36,334 bases of DNA from a virus (lineage: Duplodnaviria; Caudoviricetes): IMG/VR virus record IMGVR_UViG_3300042363_001352, positions 1-36,334 of that record. One strand, 5' to 3'. Under the pieces are notes generated by a model, which worked only from the letters and a program-made list of their open reading frames with translations, searched no databases and had not been told where the DNA came from. A program made the position numbers and the translations under genes. Below are positions 28,201-36,334 of this stretch, one piece after another. The first letter of the stretch is position 1, and each line of letters opens with the position of its first letter.

Positions 28201-31200
28201 AAATAGGACTTTATCATTAAGACAAACTGTAGAAGGAACAGATACTGAAGCTCCTAAATTTGGAGTAGTTGATCAAGAAGGAAATGTAATATACGATCAC
28301 AAATCTGTACTTAATGCATACGAATCTTTTAGAAGAAGAACACAAAGTTATGGAACTCCAGTTTCTGTAATAAAAGAATTTGAAAAAAGAAACTCAGGAT
28401 TCTTAACAAATACTTTAGATGGATCAGTTGTTTCATTAAGTGGAGTAACTTCAGATTCACAGTTAAGAGATTTTGCTTTAGAAGAATTAAAAAGAGCAGA
28501 ACAAGCAGCAGTAAACGCAAGGTCTTATGGAGTAGACTCAAGAGCAATTGCAGCATCTTCTAGTCTTGTAAGAAAACAAATGTCTCAATTTAACTTGAAT
28601 GAAGTTTCTGGAAAATCTTCTGTATCTCCAACTATTTCAACAAGGTTTGACGAATTAAGAGAATCAATTTTCCAATTAGCTTTACAGAGAAGATCTTTTG
28701 AATCCCTATCTTCTGGTGGTTCAATTAATCCAGGTCAACTAGCTGTAGATATAGAGGAAATAGTATCTGACCTTAGAAGAAGAAATGTTATAAGTCAATC
28801 TCAAGCGACAGAAGCTAGAGCAGCAGGCCTTTCTGCAGTATTAAACTTTGTTGCTTTTAGTGGATACAAAAAAACAGCTACACAAGGGTCTAACTTATCT
28901 GAAGCGCTATCTGGCTTATTGGCAATCAGAAATCAACCAGCTACTTCAGAGTCGTACAAATCATTGTTGCACCCTTTTACTTCAGCGAGTGTTTCCAACG
29001 TTGGAACTTTAGGATTTGGAACTGGCATTACTAATTTATTTAGGCCAGCAATCGTAGCAAATTTAAAGCCCGCAGACTATAGCTTAAATGAACTACATTC
29101 TAATCCACTTGGAAATCAAGGCACTGTTTACGTTCCAACATTTGCAACAGCAGTTGGCTCAGTTGGATTTAAAAGAGCTACAAAAAATATATTAGGAATT
29201 AATACATATGACGATGCAGGGTCTTTTAGCTCTGCTTCTGTAGCTGTTTCTCATGGAGTTGAAAGATTAAATAAATATTTTGAAACATTTGGATTAGGAT
29301 TAGATACTTCTCAATATAGTGGCCCCTTAGATCTATATGCTCGTGGAATGGTTGGAAAAAGAGTTCTACCTTTAGTTGCTGGAGGAACTGCAATAGTTGC
29401 AGCAGATAGAACAATTGGTGGCGCAGTAAATGAAAAAGATGAAGAGGGCAATAGAGTATATTCACCTTTCCTATTAGGAAAAGTTGCAAAAGGAGCAGTT
29501 GAAACACAGTCTGTTCTTTCCGGAATCACCCCTGGTGGCATGTCCTATAATGAGAAGAAAGAGCAGCTAACTGAAGGCGAAGTGCCGATTAAGCAAGGAA
29601 GGTTTTGGCCGCTTGGAGTAACTCCATTTGCTGGTGGAAAAACAATGTACCACAGACCTTCTTATTATAGAAGGTTAATGGCTGGGTCTTCTTATACTGA
29701 GGAATCTTTTGGCAGTCCAATGGAAAGACTTGCCTTTGGTTACGACTTTTCTCCACTTAGACCTTTTGATCCATATAGATTTGAAAAACAACACTATGAG
29801 GATAGACCATACCCTGTAACTGGTGAATATTTTTCTGGACCATTTGGCCCAATAACTCCGCTACTAAACGCAACAGTAGGAAAGATACTAAAACCACAAA
29901 TCAGAATGCATAGGCAAGAAGTTGAACAGGGTCTTGCCAATTACTCTGCAGCAGGTGAAAGCGGAGCTTACAATGCAGAAGGTTTGTCCGGGTACGGTGG
30001 AGACCAGTATGCTTCAGGATACGTAGGAGCAACAGGGTCTGCTTACGGTGGGGCTTACGGATTGGGTTCTTCTCCTTTGTCAGGTTCTAACCAAAGACTA
30101 GCATCAGCTGGGTCATACTCAATGCAGACAGGTTCGAATATGGCTTCTACAGCTATATCGAATATTAACAGTAGGTATGTTCAGGCAAGTCAGTATGGCC
30201 CAATGCCAAGGCCAGGAGTCGTTCCACCAAATATAATCCCAGCAGGAAGACCAGTCCCGAGTGCTAAACTTGGAATCCAAGCCGGAGATATTGGTTACAG
30301 GACACAAGAAATGGCTGGTATATATGGATTTGGATTTGGCTCATTAAGAGAAGCTTATGGCTTTGGTCAATCTGACCTTCAACCACAGGTATCAGTGCTT
30401 CAATCTGCATCTAAAGCTTATGGATCAGGAAGAGCATTCTGGGATCTAAACTTAGGTGGCTTAGGTGATATTCCCATTAAGCCAGAAGGTGCTTTGGGCA
30501 ACGTAGAAATATCTGAAATTGTTAGAAGATTTATTCCAAAAGAAAGAACAGATGTTACACAAATAAACCCAATCCCTAACACTATGGGAGTTCAATACCC
30601 CTTCTTGCCAGGATCAAATTATTTTAATAACTTCAAACAAGGTGACCCTTATACTAAAGTTCCGGAAGGTGAAATTAGACTTCCAGGTATAGGTTATAGA
30701 AGATTAAACCCAAACATGGGAGACTATAACGATCCACTAACGCAATTGGATATCCTTTCCGACGTAGCTCCTTACTCTAAAGAATTTAGATCTTTAAATA
30801 ATAAAATGAGCCCATCTTCTTTGGATCCAGGACAAAGAAAAAAGTTAGAAGAAATACGAGCACAGGTAGAAGACACTACCAAAAAGTATAATTTCAGTCC
30901 TTATAAATATAAATACTCTTCTCCAGAAGAACAAGGTATGTCAAAGTCATTTTTTGGTGCCGCTAGAATAGGTGAGTACATAGCGCACAGAGATACATTT
31001 ATAAATACAAAAATTATGCCCAAAAGGACTGCTCAAGAAGACTGGGAGAGAAGAAATGTTTATGGTTCTACTTTTCCACAATGGCAGAATCCAATTGAAA
31101 GCTTTATTAAGCCAATGTACTACAAGTCGCAAAGCAGAAGTCCATTAACTAGCGGACTTATGATGGCTGGCATTGGTGCTGCTTTTGGTAGGGGCCCTAC

Positions 31201-31960
31201 TGCAAAGGCAGCAGGAACATTAATTGGTTTTGCAACAGGTGCTGGTTATAGCATGTTTAATAAAGCTAGGCAACAAATAACTGGTGAAACATTTATTCCA
31301 AAAGAAAGAAAAAAACAATTAGCATTAGAAGAAAATATAGATATATTAAACTATGTTAAAAATACTTCTTTAGCAAACCGAGCCGAACAAATGGGCGACA
31401 CTCAAGGTGCAGCCCAATTTAAGCAAGCTGCCAAAAGAACAATGTATGGAGCTGACATATATGGTTCTTCTGTTGACACTCTATCTTTGGCTATACCAAA
31501 GAGGAAACGTGAACATTTTAAAGAAATGTTAAATGCTCCAGTGCAAGAAAGAGAAAGAATTCTTTCTACGGCACCAAGGTTAGAGAGAAGAATATATGAA
31601 GCAGCATGGGGAATGAAAGTAGAAAAAAGACCAGATCTAGTAGAACATTTTTCTAGGCACGAATTACCCGATGCATCATGGGAGGGATGGAACCCGAGTA
31701 CTAACATGGAACATGTTAAAATTAATATGGGTCAATCAATGGGAATAAATATGGCGCAAATGGGTTACTATCCACAACAGATAAAAGAAGCAAGTCTAGC
31801 AAATCCTAGTTACCCAAACTTTAACCAACAATCAAACTCACAAGATGTTGGACAACAAATTAGAATGATGATGTCCAGAAATGGCATGAGTGGAAGTGTT
31901 GTCCCAGTTATGAACGGTTCTGGATCTTCTGGCGTAGATATATATTCTGGTGTTAGGTAA
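25295..31960 (+). CDS. Very large virion protein, probable tape measure, 2221 aa
   Basis: Position after the chaperones, size, and Ala/Gly/Ser-rich helical stretches with hydrophobic Gly-rich segments (GLMMAGIGAAFG...GTLIGFATGAG). Confidence 0.6.
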   Translation: MIRNRGPISTLGYNLTSRDLPVEEGETEGPSPNSGHIAKALNGHPVMRFFASATTALVVTHVASKFVSAGGIKLATKIQKASTSNGQYAGVATRFIESAGKIKKALDELEGVHRSVDGVDPSDVYSKLVFESGGERLKQNLDRVTGGRFLLEAGSYLTTSEIRAAGKGITHEPPAVWTIKDDIQQLLTRRARNLAVELPALYVAQRAVTEPLYGDGNRKDRGKWYNPVDVISDFAKQSTINIASMLTPLELGGAALSRAKFLASAPYSKNPNLVLTAKQTKLSESFLDIKTILGSFGQDMQKVLTGLTKNTTALGVAFSSAADTVQNSPGSSVFALQQARRGGQKAAQAASDRGAGKLQTAAASVKGYLFGHQVKNPLDIDSGQRFQGAIDAIPALRGTTSAFSNFRTNFRTGKIAYDVLGGALAYDEALRKVSGSVSGGPAGTGQELLKTAISNIRDLHTSKFSDFSTSLLQGMFGAGSVNKGLTSGDFGKNMQEHEYKKYLRHQLVNSGVSKDTASRFVQSVGVGEIPGSLGGATNVTRRLRLGTQEIVDDNNVDDFFQQLIDRTSHTAGYADPSFTKDALANSIELTDILFAQKQFRETLEAKISNSWAKVYDSHVETGRSLVRPQKVSYSDFAGDVTPDKADYLARSVADTMGIKLIDKDGRRLSKNVIGDSLAKRGINVEDTGQLRAYLIENRRMTSPVHGDGFNVFGLKPLLIDEAFQKGLFSRLEDDQKNVIEELATQIARTDPLSSTIGYSQMKGVYQTRSGEVLDTTRITGMLSRGVDFLRDNTQIPVLKFNPLDMIGQGGAQGIDKRRMFEYTEGFSAQPFGNLGEETPNLYIFSQEKRGFFGAKGSISLLSNDSNGSSVIKKMPGLYRQFSTNENDMFSRAARSVAQRQLTLALDARGPQDDSSLGLLDRVKKKFDVAEEQQNSLARYIGRFRKRRTDINNPTVFARLMADEEVSVGRNRTLSLRQTVEGTDTEAPKFGVVDQEGNVIYDHKSVLNAYESFRRRTQSYGTPVSVIKEFEKRNSGFLTNTLDGSVVSLSGVTSDSQLRDFALEELKRAEQAAVNARSYGVDSRAIAASSSLVRKQMSQFNLNEVSGKSSVSPTISTRFDELRESIFQLALQRRSFESLSSGGSINPGQLAVDIEEIVSDLRRRNVISQSQATEARAAGLSAVLNFVAFSGYKKTATQGSNLSEALSGLLAIRNQPATSESYKSLLHPFTSASVSNVGTLGFGTGITNLFRPAIVANLKPADYSLNELHSNPLGNQGTVYVPTFATAVGSVGFKRATKNILGINTYDDAGSFSSASVAVSHGVERLNKYFETFGLGLDTSQYSGPLDLYARGMVGKRVLPLVAGGTAIVAADRTIGGAVNEKDEEGNRVYSPFLLGKVAKGAVETQSVLSGITPGGMSYNEKKEQLTEGEVPIKQGRFWPLGVTPFAGGKTMYHRPSYYRRLMAGSSYTEESFGSPMERLAFGYDFSPLRPFDPYRFEKQHYEDRPYPVTGEYFSGPFGPITPLLNATVGKILKPQIRMHRQEVEQGLANYSAAGESGAYNAEGLSGYGGDQYASGYVGATGSAYGGAYGLGSSPLSGSNQRLASAGSYSMQTGSNMASTAISNINSRYVQASQYGPMPRPGVVPPNIIPAGRPVPSAKLGIQAGDIGYRTQEMAGIYGFGFGSLREAYGFGQSDLQPQVSVLQSASKAYGSGRAFWDLNLGGLGDIPIKPEGALGNVEISEIVRRFIPKERTDVTQINPIPNTMGVQYPFLPGSNYFNNFKQGDPYTKVPEGEIRLPGIGYRRLNPNMGDYNDPLTQLDILSDVAPYSKEFRSLNNKMSPSSLDPGQRKKLEEIRAQVEDTTKKYNFSPYKYKYSSPEEQGMSKSFFGAARIGEYIAHRDTFINTKIMPKRTAQEDWERRNVYGSTFPQWQNPIESFIKPMYYKSQSRSPLTSGLMMAGIGAAFGRGPTAKAAGTLIGFATGAGYSMFNKARQQITGETFIPKERKKQLALEENIDILNYVKNTSLANRAEQMGDTQGAAQFKQAAKRTMYGADIYGSSVDTLSLAIPKRKREHFKEMLNAPVQERERILSTAPRLERRIYEAAWGMKVEKRPDLVEHFSRHELPDASWEGWNPSTNMEHVKINMGQSMGINMAQMGYYPQQIKEASLANPSYPNFNQQSNSQDVGQQIRMMMSRNGMSGSVVPVMNGSGSSGVDIYSGVR

Positions 31961-31966
31961 ATTTAA

Positions 31967-34900
31967 ATGAGTACAGTAAATCCAAAAATTAGTCAGAGAG
32001 CAGCCCAACTAGCTCTATCTACTTTCCCGCAGTATAAAGGCATTAGAGTTGATGTTGACACAGATGGAAAACTTCTATACGTAGACCCTGTTACGGGAGC
32101 ATCTAACAATGATCGAGATATTATTCTTAATGATAGGCGAACTTTAGGATTAGTAGATTATAGATTATTTAATCCTGGTGTTGGCGGCAATGCTTTAAGA
32201 AACATCGGTACATCGCAAGGGGCCTTGCAGCTAGACAGTGAAGTGATGGTGGTAAATCAATTCTTAAGAGGTGCCAGCACAGATCCAATTAAAGCTCAAA
32301 GATTAATAAATCTAGGACTTGGTCACATGATTGGAGAAGAAATAACTGGAGAACTCTATAAATTTAACACTAGAGGCCAACGAGGTGCTATAAGACAGAT
32401 ACAACTTTTAGGAATAGACAAAGTAGCAGCAGCCTCTTCTCAAACTGATGAAGGTTTTACATTCCTTACCCTCAAGAGGAAAAGTGGGGAGTTATCCCCA
32501 ATGCAAGCATCTTATTTAAGGATTGTTTCTGGGGCAGAACAAATAAGGCCACAATTCTTAGCTACATTAGCTGAAGAAACAATTGACCCAATTACTGGTG
32601 AAGTAAGTCAAAATTGGTCTAAGATTGGAAAGTTAGCAAAAAGACTTCAAAGCACTATGTCTCCAAGAAACGTTGCAATTGGTGAAGAATTTATTCAACA
32701 ACATTTAGATATAAGAATACCAGGTATCATGACGCCATTTGGGCGCATGGCTGGTAGTACAATTAATTTTGATCAAAGAATGATCAGAGTTGAATCAACT
32801 GCAGCAAGATTTGAATTAATGTTTAGAGATCCGACTAAAGGAATCCCTATAAGAGAATCCGATGGATTAGTATTAACTCCACAACAAATATCTGAATACA
32901 ATGAAAGAATTGTTGGGTTTGAGGAGATACCTAATTATCAGTTAACTCAAGCAGAAAGACAGCTTCTTTCGGCAGGACCAGATGAAGGAGACATAGCACA
33001 AGGTCTTACTGGAAATGATTCAGTAAAAGATCTTTGGGACAGAAGATTAACCATAAGAAGAAACAGAGAGATGCAAAGCTTTAAAGACTTGTATGGTTTT
33101 GACGACACACAAATTGCAAAAATACAAACTGCTTTTGATCAAGCTAATATAGAACTTGATGATCCATTAAACGTATCTCTTATCGAGGGGACACGTGCTG
33201 AAAGACAATTCAAACTTATGAAAGAGAAGATAAAAGCAACTGACAATGATCTCTTTGAAAAAATGGAAGTAGCCATTAATGGAATGGAAAAAGCTAGAGA
33301 TGGTCAGTTCTATATAACACCTCAATTACTAGAGGATATGGAAAAAGGTTTTCAATCACAACTAGACGCACGAGGAGCAGAACTAAGAGCACAAGGAAGA
33401 GTTTTAACTTTAGATGAAAGTAATGAAATAAAAGCTCTTGAAAAACAGATTGAACATATTCAAAGTGCAAAAAAGAAAATTGATTCTGGAGATGTAATAG
33501 CAAGAGTTAACGGTGAATTTGGTCAATTTAAAGGTGAAGCCATGGTCTTAGGTCATAAGCAGGCAGAAAGATTTAGAGATGCAGAAACTGGGTTGATTCC
33601 ATATGTTATAGGAGACGCTACTGCCATTAAAGGTGAAGTTGGAAGCAGAACGGCAAGAAACTTCTTAATGGATGTGGGCGATACTTCAACAGTAACTTTT
33701 ACCGATCCGCTAATGATGTTATATCATGGAGAGTACTTTACTCAACCAGCAATGATTGCATCGATTAAACAAAATGCAAGCTACAGTTTTGATAAAATGC
33801 AAGAGTTTATGAAAACAGGCGATGTACCAGATGATGTAATGAAGGCTCTAAGAAAAGACATTGAGGGAGACATAAAAACGATAGAAGCATTTATGTTAGA
33901 CCCACAAACAAGAATGTCACATCTTATTAAGAAAAGGGAAGCAGAAGAAATTATGGCACAGATGGCTTCTGGAATCAGGGTAAATCAGATTCCAGCCATG
34001 GTCAGAAGAGTGAGTGACCACTATAGTTCTCAAGTTGTAAGATATAAAGACGGCAGAGTGGATGCCGTAATGCCCACAGCCGGAAGATATAGTTTAAGAA
34101 CACTTGAATCAAGAATAAATTATGGAGAAGATTTTATGTCATACCAAGGATATGATATAAATCTGGCAGATTACGGCGTTGACACCAGTGTTGTTACACC
34201 ATATGGGCGTATGCCTGGTTCAACAAAAGGAATAAAAACAGCAGGCTTTAGAATTAAAGATAAGACATTAATGATGTCTGGTGACGCAGCATATCTTTAC
34301 CAACACGCTTTAGGTGGATTTGACTTGGACGACAAAGGTATACCTTTGATGTCTACGTTTAAAGACGCTAATAATAATAAAAGGTTAGCTTTTTTTACAT
34401 TAAGACAGCCAACTTCATATCAAGAATACATAGCAATGAGTGCTGATCTTTCTGACGCCTCTACCGTGAATGCGATATTTGGAGAAAATGATCAATTTAA
34501 AGCTGCACTTCAAGACGACACTGTTCTTTCTGCACTAGGAATAAAAAAAGACGACACTTATGAGCAGCTAAAAACTATGGTTACAGAAAAAGGAGGTGGT
34601 TCAGTAAAAAGAAATGAAGTTGACAAAGATCAGATAGAACAAATGATTTTAAAAATACTTGAATCTGGAAATGTTTATCCAGGAGGTTTACCTTCTTTGA
34701 CTGACTCTCAAGTAATTAGAATGACAATGATGCAGAATCCAGCCGCTTTAGGTTTGGATAGAATGGTAAAAGATGCATCAGGCAACCTTACTCCTCTTGG
34801 AAATTTTATGCAAAGCGTTGGGATAGATCCAAGCAAAAACCCAGCTCCTTATGATTCTGATAGTGTATTTCAAATTTTTCAAAAAGCTGCAGAAAAAGAT

Positions 34901-36334
34901 TATAATACAGAACTTTACGAACGAGCTGGAAAAGAATTAGGCTACTCGATTAAAGATTCAGAGCATCTTAGTCAAATACTTAAGGGAACTGGTCCAGGAT
35001 ATAAAGCTGAAGATAATGTAAAACTTTTTGCTCTAATTAAAAAAATGACAGAAGAAATAATGGCCCAATCCGCAAATACAGAAGTAGGAGATTCCATTGG
35101 TGTATTTTCAAACAGGCAAGGAGCATCTATATCAGTTTTAGAACAATCTAGAAAGATTCTTACGCAAGAACTAGAGATTAGTGCATCAGATCCTTTGTAT
35201 AAAAAGTTTTTAGAAATGACTTCCATTGTGACTCTTCCAGCCTCTGAAGCAGTTGACATAGCTAAACAGATTGGAGCAGACCAGGTAATGTATAGTTTTG
35301 GTCCAGCTTTGCAAATGATTCAAGAAACTCAGGGCATAAAAAGATCTACGGTAGATACCGTGCTAGAAGCATATATTCAATCCTTAAAAAACACGCTCTC
35401 TTATCCATTCGCTAAAGGAATGACTCCAGAAGAACTTGATGCACTTGAATTGCCTATGAAGTTAGATCCAATGGGTCAATCTTCTCTCAGAGCTTTTTCT
35501 GGTATAGGTTACATCAGAGGAAGGCAAATGGCTGAGCAAATAGCAAAATCAGGTTCAATAAATGAAGAAGAACTTTTCGGCTTGCAACGAACAATGTTTG
35601 AAGAAGACTTTGGCTATGGAAAAATAAAGGGTTCAGACGTCAGTCTTGTGAAAGAAGAAATAACAAGAGGTCTTCAAGCAGCTATGGAAGAATTATCTCC
35701 TGGACCGGCAAAAGACGCTATACAAGCAAGTATAGATGCAATGAGAGGTGAATCCAAAGCATTAGAATCTTTAGCTCCCATGTTTATGAAAAGGGGAACA
35801 GCAGCATATGACAAGTATGCACACCTAGATCAGATGATTTATTCTTTATTTGATATACACAGTGCTTCAGAAGCTATTAAATCACAGTCTCTATCAGCTG
35901 CAAGGTTAACGGCAAGAGATTTGTCAGCAACATCTTATGCTAAGTATCAAGATACTGTAGAAAAAATATTAGGTTCTGTATCTACAAGTCTAAGCGAGAT
36001 CCAGAGTAAATCAGAAAAAATACTAAGAGGAGGAGAAGTAGCAGATCCTTTGGGTCTAAAAATATTAAGAATTGAAACTTTAACAAGTATACATGGACAT
36101 GTGTCAGCTGCAATAGAAGCAGAAAGAGTAGCCGGCAGACCAACTGGTACTAACGATGTTTTAGACTTGATGGAAACTTTAACAGCTGGCTTAGAGTCTA
36201 GAGGTGTACAAGCCGGAAAACTTTTAACGTCCGCTGTTGCAAGTGATGAAGAAGGGAATCCTGGCATATCAACAATGTTAGATCTTTTTGTTGCAATGAG
36301 AAATAGAAAAATAGCTAGGGCGTCAATGGCAAGA
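31967..36334 (+). CDS. Very large protein (>1450 aa, 3' truncated) with candidate two-barrel RNA polymerase-like core
   Basis: ATG31967; the frame is open to the window end, which explains its absence from the ORF track. Motifs RDGQFYITPQLL, IARVNGEFGQFKGEA, AIKG and LGGFDLDDKG occur in the order seen in YonO/QDE-1-type polymerases. Confidence 0.55.
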   Translation, partial: MSTVNPKISQRAAQLALSTFPQYKGIRVDVDTDGKLLYVDPVTGASNNDRDIILNDRRTLGLVDYRLFNPGVGGNALRNIGTSQGALQLDSEVMVVNQFLRGASTDPIKAQRLINLGLGHMIGEEITGELYKFNTRGQRGAIRQIQLLGIDKVAAASSQTDEGFTFLTLKRKSGELSPMQASYLRIVSGAEQIRPQFLATLAEETIDPITGEVSQNWSKIGKLAKRLQSTMSPRNVAIGEEFIQQHLDIRIPGIMTPFGRMAGSTINFDQRMIRVESTAARFELMFRDPTKGIPIRESDGLVLTPQQISEYNERIVGFEEIPNYQLTQAERQLLSAGPDEGDIAQGLTGNDSVKDLWDRRLTIRRNREMQSFKDLYGFDDTQIAKIQTAFDQANIELDDPLNVSLIEGTRAERQFKLMKEKIKATDNDLFEKMEVAINGMEKARDGQFYITPQLLEDMEKGFQSQLDARGAELRAQGRVLTLDESNEIKALEKQIEHIQSAKKKIDSGDVIARVNGEFGQFKGEAMVLGHKQAERFRDAETGLIPYVIGDATAIKGEVGSRTARNFLMDVGDTSTVTFTDPLMMLYHGEYFTQPAMIASIKQNASYSFDKMQEFMKTGDVPDDVMKALRKDIEGDIKTIEAFMLDPQTRMSHLIKKREAEEIMAQMASGIRVNQIPAMVRRVSDHYSSQVVRYKDGRVDAVMPTAGRYSLRTLESRINYGEDFMSYQGYDINLADYGVDTSVVTPYGRMPGSTKGIKTAGFRIKDKTLMMSGDAAYLYQHALGGFDLDDKGIPLMSTFKDANNNKRLAFFTLRQPTSYQEYIAMSADLSDASTVNAIFGENDQFKAALQDDTVLSALGIKKDDTYEQLKTMVTEKGGGSVKRNEVDKDQIEQMILKILESGNVYPGGLPSLTDSQVIRMTMMQNPAALGLDRMVKDASGNLTPLGNFMQSVGIDPSKNPAPYDSDSVFQIFQKAAEKDYNTELYERAGKELGYSIKDSEHLSQILKGTGPGYKAEDNVKLFALIKKMTEEIMAQSANTEVGDSIGVFSNRQGASISVLEQSRKILTQELEISASDPLYKKFLEMTSIVTLPASEAVDIAKQIGADQVMYSFGPALQMIQETQGIKRSTVDTVLEAYIQSLKNTLSYPFAKGMTPEELDALELPMKLDPMGQSSLRAFSGIGYIRGRQMAEQIAKSGSINEEELFGLQRTMFEEDFGYGKIKGSDVSLVKEEITRGLQAAMEELSPGPAKDAIQASIDAMRGESKALESLAPMFMKRGTAAYDKYAHLDQMIYSLFDIHSASEAIKSQSLSAARLTARDLSATSYAKYQDTVEKILGSVSTSLSEIQSKSEKILRGGEVADPLGLKILRIETLTSIHGHVSAAIEAERVAGRPTGTNDVLDLMETLTAGLESRGVQAGKLLTSAVASDEEGNPGISTMLDLFVAMRNRKIARASMAR

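Noticed and set aside
32732-34225. Repeated decapeptide TPFGRMAGST (32732) / TPYGRMPGST (34196) in the last ORF
   Set aside because: The similarity is real but too short to interpret. It does weaken the assignment of RMP as the polymerase RxP motif.
25759-36267. Many short minus-strand ORFs in the track (also those within 1046..3229)
   Set aside because: They lie antisense to long + strand genes and have no recognisable motifs.
1-36334. Stop-codon reassignment (TAG or TGA)
   Set aside because: Long ORFs are uninterrupted under code 11, and TAG and TGA end genes at sensible positions.

Overview
AT-rich segment of a large contractile-tailed (myovirus-type) phage genome. The host is uncertain; a PASTA-like domain and a leaderless-type promoter hint at Actinobacteria or Firmicutes. 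Layout: tail-fibre genes (1-3229); a ~12.7 kb accessory island (3226-15922) with eleven 2OG-Fe(II) oxygenases, a DUF6065-like protein, a glutathione-peroxidase-fold protein with a rewritten active site and an FkbM-type methyltransferase; then a virion morphogenesis block (neck proteins, two sheath paralogues, three tube-like paralogues, two chaperones, a 2221-aa tape-measure-position protein) and a >1450-aa protein running off the end with motifs resembling a two-barrel RNA polymerase. Main observations: (1) Three genes are each broken by a +1 frameshift at an in-frame CGG codon (436, 17821, 22964). Skipping the C gives a GGN Gly codon and restores a full protein, and I found no in-frame CGG in any intact gene. 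This suggests CGG-triggered recoding, or else a systematic sequencing error. (2) One of these genes, missed by the ORF track, encodes a PASTA-like domain plus 15 tandem [F/Y]FPP repeats and lies close to the prolyl-hydroxylase-like array, suggesting a phage protein-modification system. All family calls come from motif recognition by eye; no searches were run.
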